From the NCBI GenBank assembly GCA_963804645.1, contig CAWDRG010000002.1, positions 32,001 through 96,000 on the forward strand: a stretch of DNA of 64,000 bases. Direction: 5' to 3'. Source of the DNA: an uncultured Bacillota bacterium. GTDB taxonomy: Bacteria; Sysuimicrobiota; Sysuimicrobiia; Sysuimicrobiales; Segetimicrobiaceae. Positions 39,685 through 50,979 of the stretch are shown piece by piece. The first letter of the stretch is position 1. Each line of letters opens with the position of its first letter. Below the pieces are notes generated by a model. The model saw only the letters and a list, made by a program, of their open reading frames with translations, was not told where the DNA came from and did not search any database. Both the position numbers and the translations under genes were made by a program.

Positions 39685-41253
39685 CCGTCTCTGCCCGACC
39701 GTCCCAATCTTTCCCACCTCAAGAGGCAGGCGAGAAACCTGCTGCGCGGGTACCGGCGAGGAGATCCGTCCGCGGCGGCCCGCCTGCGGCAGTGGCTTCC
39801 CGCCGCGCGGGGCAAGGATGACGCCGCGCTCCGCGCCCTCGATCTCCGGCTCCACGACGCGCAGTCGTGCGTCGCTCGCGAATACGGCTTCGCGTCTTGG
39901 ACGGATCTCAAAGCGTTCGTCGATGCCCGCGCCGCGGCGCGGGCGCCGCGTGAGGAACTCCTGCGGGCGTGGCTCCCGCTGGTGTACGGGGACGGGTTTC
40001 TCCGTCCGAACCCCGTCGCCGCGGCGCGCCTGCTGGAACGCCGCCCCGATCTGATCGACACGGATCCCCTCCTCGCTTGTGCGACCGGCGATGTGCCTCG
40101 GGTGCGCGCCGCGATCGACCGCGACGCGTCCTGGGTCAACCGGCCGGGTGGCCCGCTCAACATGCCGCCCCTCGTTGCGGTGACGCACTCGGGGTTGGCG
40201 CGGCTCGCGGGATGGTCGGCCCGTCTCCTGCGCTGCACCGAGCTGCTGCTCGGCGCGGGCGCGGATCCGAATCAGTCGTGGGTCGACCCCGCGTTTCCGG
40301 CGCACCCCCTCAGCGCTCTGTACGGGGCCGCCGGTAAACTGCATCACGACGCGATGACGCGGGCGCTGCTCGATGCCGGCGCCACGCCCAACGACGGCGA
40401 ATCGCTCTACCACGCGGTGGAAAGCGCCGATCCCACCTGCGCCCGGCTGCTGCTCGACGCGGGCGCGGAGATCGAGGGCACCAACGCGCTGTTTCGCGCG
40501 CTGGACTTCGAGCCGCTCGCGCCGCTCGCGCTGCTGCTGTCCCGAGGCGCCGACCCCAACACGCGCCTGAACGGACACGCGCCGCTCCACCACGCGATTT
40601 GGCGCGGGCGGTCCGCGGACCACGTCGCCGCGCTGCTCGCCGCGGGGGCCGATCCGACCGCGTCGAACGCGGACGGCCTGACCCCGTACCGCCTCGCGCT
40701 GCGCTACGGCCACCTCGCGGTCGCGGCGCTGCTGCGGCCGCGCGGGCTCGAGGAATCGGTCGCGCCCGAGGAGGCGTTTGTCGCCGCCTGCGCGTGCGCG
40801 GACCGCGCGGCGGCGGCGGGGCTGCTCCGCCGCGACCCCGCCCTGCTCCGCCGCCTTTCCCCGGACCAACTGCGCGTGCTGCCCGACTGTGCCGCACACG
40901 GACGAGGGGACGCGGTCCGGGTCATGGTCGAACTCGGGTGGCCGGTGGACGTCCGCGGCGGTGATTGGGACGCGAGCGCCCTGAACCTCGCGGTGTTTCG
41001 GGGCGACGCCGACCTGACGGCGTGGCTGCTCGGGCACGGCGCCGACTGGCGCGCGGAACACGGGTACCACGACAACGTGATGGGCACGCTGAGCTTCGCG
41101 TCGACCACCGAGCCCGTCGAGGGCGGGGATTGGCTCGGGTGCGCCCGCGCCCTCGTGGCCGCGGGCATGCCCCGTCCACCCGCGGTCTATCGCTTTTCGG
41201 AGGAGGTCGCCGACTGTTTCGCGGACGCGGCACATGCGTCCGGACGGGGCTGA
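39682..41253 (+). CDS. ankyrin repeat protein with N-terminal helical LPxRPNLxxLKRQA...AREYGFASW domain
   Basis: LLLGAGADPN, LSALYGAAG, LLDAGATPND, APLHHAI, GLTPYRLA repeats; GGAGG RBS. Confidence 0.9.
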   Translation: MPSLPDRPNLSHLKRQARNLLRGYRRGDPSAAARLRQWLPAARGKDDAALRALDLRLHDAQSCVAREYGFASWTDLKAFVDARAAARAPREELLRAWLPLVYGDGFLRPNPVAAARLLERRPDLIDTDPLLACATGDVPRVRAAIDRDASWVNRPGGPLNMPPLVAVTHSGLARLAGWSARLLRCTELLLGAGADPNQSWVDPAFPAHPLSALYGAAGKLHHDAMTRALLDAGATPNDGESLYHAVESADPTCARLLLDAGAEIEGTNALFRALDFEPLAPLALLLSRGADPNTRLNGHAPLHHAIWRGRSADHVAALLAAGADPTASNADGLTPYRLALRYGHLAVAALLRPRGLEESVAPEEAFVAACACADRAAAAGLLRRDPALLRRLSPDQLRVLPDCAAHGRGDAVRVMVELGWPVDVRGGDWDASALNLAVFRGDADLTAWLLGHGADWRAEHGYHDNVMGTLSFASTTEPVEGGDWLGCARALVAAGMPRPPAVYRFSEEVADCFADAAHASGRG

Positions 41254-41357
41254 CCGGACCGTCGGGTGCGCGGATCCGACTCAGGCCACATGCGGGCAAG
41301 TGGACGTCATGCGCCGGCGACGGCGAACACTCCGACACCGATTGCTCCCCGGTCTTC

Positions 41358-41807
41358 CTAGCTTGCCAGCATCACACGCACATGTTCCGTCTCGGCACGT
41401 GCATGCTCCTCACCGGCGACCAGGACCGAGCACGATACCTTCGCTCGACCATCGTGCATTGCGGTTACCTTCGCTCGAAAGGTGAGGATGCCGTCGATCG
41501 GCACAGGTTTGACGAGATCGAGCTGCAACGAGGTTGTGCTGTAGGTGAAGTCGAGCGGCTCACGAAGCTCTCGTCCGTCAATCTTGTGTGCAGCGGCGGT
41601 CGCGGCCCACACGCCGTGACAGACCGCAATCGTGGCGATCAACCCGCCCTGCAATCGCCCGGGATGTCCGACATGGTACGGTTTCGGGCGCCACATGCAG
41701 ACGATTTCGTCACCTTGCCAATAGCTCTTGATGTGCAGCCCGTGTTCATTCAGTCGTCCGCATCCGTAACACTGCCAGTCGACCAGGTCTTGAAACGCAG
41801 GCTCCAT
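41358..41807 (-). CDS. hotdog-fold thioesterase (PaaI-like)
   Basis: CYGCG-NEHGL, GHPGRLQGGLIAT, KPVPI; lower GC than flanks. Confidence 0.82.
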   Translation of the reverse strand: MEPAFQDLVDWQCYGCGRLNEHGLHIKSYWQGDEIVCMWRPKPYHVGHPGRLQGGLIATIAVCHGVWAATAAAHKIDGRELREPLDFTYSTTSLQLDLVKPVPIDGILTFRAKVTAMHDGRAKVSCSVLVAGEEHARAETEHVRVMLAS

Positions 41808-41956
41808 CGTTGGGGCCCCTTTCAACGTTCGACCTCAATCGCAGCGGCGAATCCTCGGCGTTGCGAGTTGGAGAGCGCTTCGCCACGCATACATCACAAG
41901 CCTCGTGGTGTATCGCCTCCATGGGGGGGTTCGGACGATCGGCACACGATCTCAAT

Positions 41957-43895
41957 CTAGGGTGTCTCTCCGGTCGCCTTGAGCGTCCGCTCCGCGGCGG
42001 CCAGCCGCGCGGCCGACGCGGCGTACCGGTCTCCGCGTCCCTCGTGGTGCTCGATCGTCAAGAGCTCCACGGGGTACAAGCGGATGGCCTCGCGCAGCTG
42101 CTCGGCCGCACCCCGTCGGTCGCCCGTGAGCAGCAGCACTTCGCCGAGCCACTGCCGGTAGCGCGGCGTGTAGGGATCGAGGCGCACCGCTTCGCGGAGC
42201 CACGCCGCCGCCTCCGGGTACACCTTTTCCCGCTGTTCCAGGCGGCCGAGTTCCGCGCGCGGATACGGATCCCACCGATTCAGGCGCATCGCAAGCAGGT
42301 AGAGTTCGGCCGCGCGGGCGCGCATTGACGGCCACGGGCCCATCGGATTGTCGAGCCGGCGGTCATACAGATCGGCGAGCAGATCGCCGAAGTACGAGGG
42401 CGTCACGCTGTCGAGCGGATCCGCGGCGAGCGCGGCTTGAAACGTGCGCACCGCCTGCACGAACTGGCCGTCGGTGACTTCCTGCGACGCCTGGGCGTGC
42501 AGGGCGGCGGCCGCCGCGGGCGCCGGCAGGGTCGGCGGCAGCCAGACGGCCGCGGCGATGCAGCGGCAGCGCCCACCAGCGCTCCCACCACCGCGTCCAC
42601 CGGCGATCCCGGAGGGACACCTGCGCGGCGGCCGCCGCGCTGAACAGCAGCAGCACCGACGACGTTCGTGATGATGAACAGGTTCTCGTCCACCACGCTG
42701 ACGGCGCCGATGCCGGCGGCGCCGGCCGCCCACCCGGCGACCCAGACCCGGTCCACGCTCCCGCCGCGCCAGTAGCGCCGGCCGCCGAGCCACAGCCCCC
42801 ACAGCACCGCCGCGGCGAGCGAGGCCGACCCCGACCTCGCCCGTCGTCGCCAGGATCTGCAGGTAATCGTTGTGCGCCGACCCGGGGACGGCGATCATCG
42901 CGTACGTCTCGAGCACGTCCGGCGCGCGGTACGCCGAGTACACGTCGTTGAACGTGTCGATCCCGGTGCCCCAGGTGCGGTGCGCCCGCCACACCGCGAG
43001 CCCGGTGTGCCAGATGTACAGCCGGCTCGTGGCGGTGTCCTCCTGCTCCTGCTCCGGATTGATGCTCTGCGCCCGCGCCTCGACGCTCGGCAGCCGCACC
43101 GCCGCGACGGCCGCCACGACGATGAGCAGCAGCAGCACCGGCCAGGCCCGGCGGCGGATCGGCCAGGACAGCGCTGCGGCGACGACGGTGAAGACCGCGA
43201 GCCCGACGTAGCCCCCGCGGGAGTAGGTCACGATGAGGGCCAGCACGTCGACGATCAGCGCCGACGCTGGCACCCACCGCCAGCCCAGCGGGAGCGACAT
43301 CGACGAGGACGGCGGCCGCGGCGATGCCGAGCACCAGAAACCCCGCGAGGACGTTCGGGCTGCCGAGGGTGCCGTAGGCCCGGGTGTGGATCGTCGCCGC
43401 GAACGCGCGGCTCAGCCAGTATGCGGGCGTCGGCGTGCCGCTGGCGTACTGGCCGAGCGCGACGAGGGCCTCCCCGAGGGCGATCGCCGCGAGACCGCCG
43501 ACGAACACGTGGATCTTCGTCGTGCTCGTGAGCGCGATCACGGTCGCGAGGACGAGCACCGACAGCGCGATGATCAGGCCCGCGCCTTCGCGGGAGTCGT
43601 AGAGGTACGTCGTGTGCGCGAGCGACAGCAGGGCCATCCCGGCGGCGGCCGCCACGCCCCACAGCGGCGCCGCCGGCAGCAGGCGCCCGCCGAGCAGCTG
43701 CCGCAGCGCGGCCGCGGCGCCGAGGGTGACCGCCGCCCGGTCGAACAGGGCGAGCCCGGGGGCGTGCTCCACGAAGCCGGCCGACGGCAGCAGGGTGAGG
43801 CCGTGCGCGACCGCCCAGCCCACGAGCGCGAGCACGCCGAGCAGGATCAGCCAGTCAAGCAGCTCCTCCGGGAGCGTGCGCAGCGAGATCCGCAC
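41957..43895 (-). CDS. O-antigen ligase/OTase-family membrane protein with C-terminal TPR repeats; about 4 frameshifts
   Basis: RAYGTLGSPNVLAGFL, TYSRGG, SRLYIW, GTGIDTF, AHNDYLQ, TPR tail; coding path switches frame near 43300, 42825, 42660 and 42560. Confidence 0.8.
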
Positions 43896-43917
43896 GGGTG
43901 CGACGGGAGCGCGTCCG

Positions 43918-45512
43918 TCAGGCGTCGAGCCACGCCGAGTGGAACCGCATCATCCCGTCGGGCTGGTCCACGAACCCCTCGAGCTTCGGGGAGACCAGCT
44001 TGTACTCTTTCGGGAAGTACAGCGGGATGTACGGCGCGTCGGCCGCGAGGATCGTGGTGACCTGGCTGTACAGGGCGCGGCGCTTGGCGATGTCGTACTC
44101 GGCGCGCGCGTCGTCGAGGAGCGACTGCACCTTGGGGTTGGCGTACCCGGAGTAGTTCAGCGCGCCGATCCCCGACTGCGTGACGAACGGGTAGACGTCG
44201 AAGTCCGGGTCCGGCCGGCCGCTCCAGTCGACCCAGGAGGCCTGGATCTGCAGATTGACGAGCCGCTGGACGAGTGCCGCGCCCTCGACCACCTCGATCT
44301 TGAACTGGATCCCGGCGTCGGCGGCCATCGACTGGATCGCCTGGAGACTCGATAGATGCGCCTGCCCGGGCGGCGTGGTGACCGTAAAGGCAAAGCCGTT
44401 GGCCGAGCCGCCCTCCGCGAGCTTGGCCTTCGCGGTGGCGAGGTTGCGGGGCGGGAGCGTCCACGCCCGGTCGTAGGCCGGCGTGCCGTTCGGGAAGAAG
44501 CCGTACGCCGGGATAGGCCGCGCCCTGCAGCACCTGGCCGGCGAGGACCCGCTGGTCGATCGTCGCGACGAACGCCTGCCGGAGCGCGGCGTTGTTGAAC
44601 GGCGCCGCGGTGACGTTGAGCGCCAGCGTCGCCCAGGCGATCGGGCTGCGCTCGATCAGGCGGAACGTCGCCCCCGGCCGCGCCGCCTCCTGGGCGAGGG
44701 TCTTGACCTGCGGCAGCGGGACGAGGCTGACGATGTCGATGTCGCCGGACTTCATGTTCGTGACCCGCGCGTTGTCGTCCGTGAACACCTTGAACAGCAC
44801 GCCGTCGAGGTACGGTTTGCCCTGCTGCCAGTACGTGGGGTTGCGCCGGAGGAGGATGCTGTCCCCGGTGACCCGCTGGGCGTACAGGAACGGGCCGGTG
44901 CCGACCGGGTTGAGGCCGTAGTCGAGCCCGGCCTGCTCGGCGGCCGCGGGCGAGACCATCATGCCGGCCCGGTCGGTCAGCGCGTACAGCAGCGGGCTGT
45001 ACGGCTGGCTCATGACGAGCTGAATCGTGTAGGCGTCCACGACGACCACTTTCGTCACGGGCCGCAGTTCGCTCTTGCGGAACGAGGGAAACTTCGGGTC
45101 GAACAGCATCCGGGTGAAGTTGTAGGAGGCGGCGTCCGCGTTGAACGGCGTGCCGTCGTGAAACCGCACGCCCTGGCGCAGCTTGAACGTGGCGGTCTTG
45201 CCGTCGGCGCTGATCGTCCACGAGGTCGCGAGCATCGGCACGATCCGGAGGTTCTCGTCGGTGTCGACGAGCTTGTCGTACAGGCTCTGGTACACTTGGC
45301 GGTCGACGAACGCCGCGGACCGGTGCGGGTCCATCGACGGCGGATCCCCGTCCACGCCCGACCCGGAGCGTGCCGCCGCGGCGGATGGACTGGGCGGACG
45401 CGGGACCGCCGAGCGCGTCCCCGAGTGCCCAAGCCCCGGCGGCCCCGAGTCCGGCGGACAGCAGCCGCCGCCGCGTCGTCCGCCCTCCGATCGCATCGCC
45501 CGCGTTGTGCAT
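43918..45512 (-). CDS. Tat-exported peptide ABC substrate-binding protein; frameshifts at ~45358 and ~44510
   Basis: TTRRRLL Tat motif, RRGGTLRVG, LRQGVRFHDGTPFNA, PVGTGPF, NYSGYANP. Confidence 0.88.
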
Positions 45513-45571
45513 AGCGTCCCTCCCTGTGAAGTTGATGTGCGGCGTGCGGCGTGCGTGCCGGCCGCCGCGCG

Positions 45572-46341
45572 CTACCGGCCGAGCCAGCCGCCGTCGACGG
45601 CCAGCAGGTGCCCCTGGATGTAGTCCGACGCCGAGGAGGCGAGAAACACCGCGGCCCCGCCGAGATCTTCGGGACGGCCCCAGCGTCCCGCCGGGATGCG
45701 GGCCAAGATCGCCGGGCCCCGCACCGGGTCGTCGCTGCAGCTCGCGCGTGAGCTCCGTCGCGACGTATCCCGGCACGATGGCGTTCACGTTGATGCCGTG
45801 GGGCGCCCACTCATTGGCGAGCAGCTTGGTCAGCTGTCCCACCGCGCCTTTGCTGGCCGTATAGGCCGCGATCAGGATCCCGCCCTGCACGCTCATCAAC
45901 GACGCGATGTTGACGATCTTGCCGCGGCCCTGCCGCATCATGACGCGGCCCGGCGTCCTGGCAGAGGCGAAAGACCGCGTGCAGGTTCACCTGCAGGACC
46001 CCGTGCCATTCCTCGGGCGTCACCTCGAGCGCCGAATGTCGGATGCCGATCTCCCCGGCGTTGTTGACCAGGATGTCGACGCGTCCAAACGCCCCGACGG
46101 CGTCGGGGATCACCCGGTCGACCTGGGCCGGATCGCTCAGGTCCGCGTGGATCGGCACGCACCGGCGCCCGAGGCGCTCCACGTCCCGGACCAGGTCGGT
46201 CGGAGGCGTGCGGCCGACCGCCGCGATGTCCGCGCCGGCCGCGGCCAGTGCCAGGGCCAGCCCCCGCCCGATCCCGCGCCGCGCCCCGGTGACGACCGCG
46301 ACCTTGCCGGTGAGATCGAATGGAGTCCCGTCAGCCGCCAT
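45572..46341 (-). CDS. kduD: KduD-like 2-dehydro-3-deoxy-D-gluconate 5-dehydrogenase (SDR); frameshifts at ~45950 and ~45735
   Basis: [63 protein letters not shown]. Confidence 0.82.
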
Positions 46342-46506
46342 GCCGCCTCCCCGCCGCCGCGTTCCGGCCCGCGGGAACACTCTTCGCACGCGCGCCGCGT
46401 TCCTCCCCCTTGCGGGCGGACCGGCCGCGGGACAAGGAGCGGCTTGGGCCCCCGGCGAACTCGCATGTCTGGCGCCGGGACCGGGAAGGCGCCGTGGAGT
46501 CGGACC

Positions 46507-47748
46507 ATGAGACGCAGCCTCGCCGCCGTAGCATTGGTGTTCCTCCTCAGCGCCGGGCCCGCCAGCGCGGGCGCGCCCGCGCCGCTGGAGTTCTGGACGA
46601 TCTCGCTGCAGCCGCTGTTCACGGCGTATATGCAGCAGACCCTCGCCGCGTACAGCCGCCTCCACCCCGACGTGACGATCCGGTGGATCGACGTCCAGCC
46701 CCAGGCGGTCGACCAGAAGCTGCTCGCGTCGATCGCGGGCGGCGTGCCCCCCGACGTCGTGAACCTCAACACCGAGAGCACGCTGCGCATGGCGGAAGCC
46801 GGCGCCCTCGTGGACATGGACGCGGCGGTGCCGGCCGACGCGCGCGCGCGCTATTTCCCCAACATCTGGGCGTCGCTCCGCTACCAGGGCCGGAGTTACG
46901 GCGTGCCGTGGTACGTGGTGCCAGACGTCCTCGCGTACAACCGCGGCCTGTTCCAGCGCGCGGGCCTCGATCCGGCGCATCCGCCGGCGACGACGGCGGC
47001 GTTCGCGGCCGACGCGGTGACGATCAAGCAGCGCACGGGCGTGTACGGGTTCATGCCGAACGTGGACGGGACCCGGATGCTGGCGATGTTCCAGGAGGAA
47101 GGCCTGCCGATCCTCAGCCCGGACCGCAAGCACGCGCTGTTCGCGGGGCCGGCGTACGTGGCGGTGCTGGCCACGTACGTCGATCTCTACAAGCGCGCCA
47201 TGTTTCCGGACGACACCCTCCTGCACGGCTATCTCGGGGCCACGGAGCGGTACGCCGGGGCCCAGCTCGGGATGCTGACGACGGGCCCGCAGTTTCTGCT
47301 GCGCGTCAAGACCGACAGCCCGGACGTGTATCGCGACACGCTAGTCGCGCCGGCTCCCCTGGGGAAGGGCCACGTCCTGGACCTGCCGACGATGGCGCTC
47401 ACGGTCCCCGTGGCCAGCCGCCACCGCGATCAGGCGGTCGCGTTCGCGCTGTACATGACGGACGACGAGAACCAACTCGCGTTCGACCACCAGGTGGTGA
47501 TCTTCCCCTCGACGCGCCGGGCCGCGGCCGATCCGTTCTTTGCCCGCGGCGGAGCGTCGCCGGAGGACCAGGCACGGGTGATCGCCGCCCGCGAGCTCGG
47601 CATCGCGCGGGACCTGACCGTGGTCGTCCCCCACAGCGACGAGCTCTTTCGCGCGTTCCAGGACGCCGTGGAGAACGCGTTCTACGGCCGGATGACGCCC
47701 GCCCAGGCGCTCGCCGAGGCGGCCCGGGAGTGGGATGCGCGGCTGTAG
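46507..47748 (+). CDS. carbohydrate ABC transporter substrate-binding protein
   Basis: Signal peptide, EFWTISLQPLF, PPDVVNLN, VPWY, YNRGLFQRAGL. Confidence 0.92.
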   Translation: MRRSLAAVALVFLLSAGPASAGAPAPLEFWTISLQPLFTAYMQQTLAAYSRLHPDVTIRWIDVQPQAVDQKLLASIAGGVPPDVVNLNTESTLRMAEAGALVDMDAAVPADARARYFPNIWASLRYQGRSYGVPWYVVPDVLAYNRGLFQRAGLDPAHPPATTAAFAADAVTIKQRTGVYGFMPNVDGTRMLAMFQEEGLPILSPDRKHALFAGPAYVAVLATYVDLYKRAMFPDDTLLHGYLGATERYAGAQLGMLTTGPQFLLRVKTDSPDVYRDTLVAPAPLGKGHVLDLPTMALTVPVASRHRDQAVAFALYMTDDENQLAFDHQVVIFPSTRRAAADPFFARGGASPEDQARVIAARELGIARDLTVVVPHSDELFRAFQDAVENAFYGRMTPAQALAEAAREWDARL

Positions 47749-47756
47749 CCGCCTCG

Positions 47757-48629
47757 ATGGACGCCCGCCGGACGTACACCGCGTACCTGTTCCTCGCGCC
47801 CGCGCTCCTCTTGCTCGGCGTGTTCACGTTCTACCCCGTGGTGTTCGGCACGGCGCTCAGCCTCTTCGAGTACAACGTGATCTCCCCGCCCCGCTACGTC
47901 GGCATGGCGAACTTTTCGCAGCTGTGGTCCGACCGGTATTTCTGGATCGCGCTCGAGAACAGCGTCAAGTACCTGGCGGTCGTGCCGGTGCTCCAGTTCT
48001 GCTCGATCGTGCTCGCGCTGTGGGTGCGCCGGCCCGTGCGAGGGATCGCGTGGTTCCGCGCGGCGTACTACCTGCCGGTGGTGACCTCGATCGTCGTCGT
48101 GGGCCTGCTGTGGCGGTGGCTCCTCGACGAGTCGGGCCTGGTAAACTACGTGCTGCTCCGCCTGGGCCTGATCGGCGCGCCGATCCACTGGCTGACGAAC
48201 CCGTCGATCGCGCTGTACGCGGTGATGTTTGTCACCCTGTGGAAGGGGCTCGGCTATTACATGGTGATCTACCTCGCGGGCCTCGGGGCGATCCCGGTGG
48301 AGTACGAGGAGGCGGCGTCCCTCGACGGCGCCGGGCCGCTGACGCGCCTCTGGCATGTCACGATTCCGCTGCTGCGTCCGAGCGTGCTGCTCGCGAGCAC
48401 CCTCTCGGCGATCGCGGCGCTGCGGGTGTTCGAGGAAGTCTACGTGATGACCGGGGGCGGCCCGGTGTACTCGACGTACACGCTGTTCTACTATATGTTT
48501 GATCAGGCGTTCGGCGCGCTGCACCTCGGCTACGCCGCGGCGATCGGGGTCGCGCTCGCCGTCATCACGATCCTGCTGTCGATCGTGAACTTCCGGCTGC
48601 TTCGGCAGGGAGGGCTGTCGTATTATTGA
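47757..48629 (+). CDS. carbohydrate ABC transporter permease (MalF-like)
   Basis: AYLFLAP, WKGLGYYMVIYLAGL, EEAASLDGA, MTGGGP. Confidence 0.93.
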   Translation: MDARRTYTAYLFLAPALLLLGVFTFYPVVFGTALSLFEYNVISPPRYVGMANFSQLWSDRYFWIALENSVKYLAVVPVLQFCSIVLALWVRRPVRGIAWFRAAYYLPVVTSIVVVGLLWRWLLDESGLVNYVLLRLGLIGAPIHWLTNPSIALYAVMFVTLWKGLGYYMVIYLAGLGAIPVEYEEAASLDGAGPLTRLWHVTIPLLRPSVLLASTLSAIAALRVFEEVYVMTGGGPVYSTYTLFYYMFDQAFGALHLGYAAAIGVALAVITILLSIVNFRLLRQGGLSYY

Positions 48630-49479
48630 CCCGGCACGCGAGGCGGTCCGACCGGCGGAGCGGAGGCGCGCGCTCGGGACCGCCGGGCACTATCTCGGAC
48701 TGTCGGCGCTCGCCGTGGTCACCGTGTTTCCGTTCGTCTGGCTGCTCGCGACGTCGCTCCGGGCGAGCGGGACGATCTTCGCGTTTCCGCCGGTCCTCAT
48801 CCCCCACCCGCCGACGCTCGCCAACTTCGTCGGCGTGTGGAACACGATGCCGCTCGGCCGCTTCTTCGCGAACACCGTGTACATCACCGCGGTCGGCATC
48901 GGGCTCACGCTCGCCGTGAGCGCCCTCGCCGGGTATCCCCTGGCGCGCATGCGGTTTCCCGGCCGGGACGCGATCTTCTACGCGATCATCGCCAGCCTGA
49001 TGCTGCCCCAGCACGTCGGGCTGATCCTGAACTTCGTGACCCTGATGCGCCTGCGCCTCATCGACACCTACGCCGCGGTCTACCTCCCGAGCGCGGCCAG
49101 CATCTTCGGGATCTTCCTGCTGCGCCAGGCGTATCTCGTGATCCCGCAGGAGCTGGAGGACGCGGCGCGGATCGACGGCGCGAGCGAGGGGCGCCTCTTT
49201 CTCCAAGTCATGCTGCCGCTCGTGGCGCCGGCGCTGGCGACGCTCGCGATCGTCGAGTTCACCGGGTACTGGAACGCGTTTCTCTGGCCGCTGATCGTCC
49301 TCAAGTCGCCCGACCGCTATCCGCTGGGCGTGGGCCTGCTCTACCTCTCGGGGCAGTTCGCGACGAACACGCGGTACATCGCCGCGGGCGCCGTGCTGAT
49401 GACCGTGCCGGTGATCGCGGTGTTCCTCGCCCTGCAGCGGTACTTCCTCCGCGGCATCATGCTCGGGGCGGTCAAATGA
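48626..49479 (+). CDS. carbohydrate ABC transporter permease (MalG-like), probable frameshift near 48650
   Basis: GYPLARMRFPGR, ELEDAARIDGA, WNAFLWP, GAVK; a TTG at 48626 overlaps the upstream stop but is out of frame with the body. Confidence 0.9.
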
Positions 49480-50951
49480 AGATCGCGTTCCTCCCGGCCG
49501 ACGGGCGTCCGATCACCCGGGACGCGTTTCTGGCCCTCGCCGGGATCGGCGGGATCGAGGTGCTCACCCCGCCCCGCGAGTGGCTCGGCCACCTCAAGAC
49601 GCCCGCGAACGTCGACCGCCTGTGGCAGTGGGTCGACGGTCCGGCCCGGGAGGCGGACGCGCTGATCGCGTCGGCCGAGCTGCTGCTCTACGGCGGGCTC
49701 GTACCGTCGCGGATCGGGCACGAGCCCCTCGACCGGCTGCTCTCCTTTACCGGCCGGTTCGAGGAGATCCGGCGGCGGGCGCCGCACCGGCGCGTTCTGC
49801 TCGCCGCGAGCAACATGCGGCTGCCGTCGATCTCGGACGCCACCGAGGAGCCCACGTATTGGGCGAGCCACGGGGCCGAGATCTTTACCTACAGTTTTCA
49901 CTCCGACCGGTACGCACAGACCCAGAACCTCGCGTCGCGCGGCGAGGCCGATGCGGCGAAGGCGAAGATTCCGCCGACGGTGCTCGGGGACGTGCGGTCG
50001 CGCCGCGCCCGCAACCTCACCGTGCTGCTGAGCCTCGTGGATCTCGCCGCGGCCGGGGTGCTCGACGCGCTGCTGATCGGCCAGGACGACGCCGCGGAGT
50101 ACGGGTGGACGCGCCGCGACCTCCAGGCCGTGCACACGGCGATTCGCGAGCGGGGCGCGGGCCGCCGGGCGTGGGTGACGTACGGGACCGACGAGCTCAC
50201 GGCGCGGCTGCTCGGGCGCGTGGTGGTCGCGGCCCGCGGCGGCTCACCCAGAGTCCGCGTCTTGTACTCGTATCCGGACAACCGCGGGGGCATTCCGCGC
50301 TACGAAGGCCAGGGGCTGGATCAGACGGTGACCTCCCACATCGAGACCGCCGGCTGCCGGCGCACCGAGGAGGAGGCCGACCTGACCCTGTTCGTTCACA
50401 ACTTCCCGGGGGCGCAGGACGAGGCGCCGCGCCAGCGCATTCAGGACGCGCGCGAGCTGGACGGATTCTTCCAGCGCATCACCGAGGCGGCGATGCGCGG
50501 ACCGTGCGGGCTCGCGGACGTCCGGTACGCGAACGGCGCCGACCGCACCCTCATCACGCGCCTTCTCGCCGCGGCGTGGGTGGATGAGCCGCGGGCGTAC
50601 GGCGGCTGGAACACGGCCAGCAACACGCTCGGCATGGTCCTGACGCAGACGCTGCTGCCCCTGAATCCGCAGAGCCGGGCGTTTACGATCCTGCGCCTCC
50701 TCGAGGACTGGGCGTACCAGACGGAGATCCGCCAACGACTCGCGGCGGAAGTGCTGCCGAAGTTCCCTGCGGCGGCGCCCGATGACCTCGGGGAGGCCTA
50801 CGGTGCGTGTCAGACCGCGACGCTGGACTGGCTGGCGCGCGTCTTTGTCCCGCCGGTGGAGCGGAGCTTCCATCGAAAGATCACGATCGAGCGGGTCGAG
50901 TTCCCGTGGCGGCGCCTGTTCAACGTCGATCTCGGGGTGCGGGTCGAGTGA
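49476..50951 (+). CDS. DUF4127 family protein
   Basis: LPADGRP, LLYGGLVPSR, IGQDD, GTDE, ADVRYANGAD, YGGWNTASNTLG, FPWRRLF; ATGA coupling to the permease. Confidence 0.82.
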   Translation: MKIAFLPADGRPITRDAFLALAGIGGIEVLTPPREWLGHLKTPANVDRLWQWVDGPAREADALIASAELLLYGGLVPSRIGHEPLDRLLSFTGRFEEIRRRAPHRRVLLAASNMRLPSISDATEEPTYWASHGAEIFTYSFHSDRYAQTQNLASRGEADAAKAKIPPTVLGDVRSRRARNLTVLLSLVDLAAAGVLDALLIGQDDAAEYGWTRRDLQAVHTAIRERGAGRRAWVTYGTDELTARLLGRVVVAARGGSPRVRVLYSYPDNRGGIPRYEGQGLDQTVTSHIETAGCRRTEEEADLTLFVHNFPGAQDEAPRQRIQDARELDGFFQRITEAAMRGPCGLADVRYANGADRTLITRLLAAAWVDEPRAYGGWNTASNTLGMVLTQTLLPLNPQSRAFTILRLLEDWAYQTEIRQRLAAEVLPKFPAAAPDDLGEAYGACQTATLDWLARVFVPPVERSFHRKITIERVEFPWRRLFNVDLGVRVE

Positions 50952-50979
50952 GGCGCGGGCCGGGCGGCCGGCCGCGGTG

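Noticed and set aside
38900..41900. A type III secretion locus around the needle-like ORF
   Set aside because: No export apparatus, ATPase, secretin or chaperone genes in the window; only one short helix resemblance
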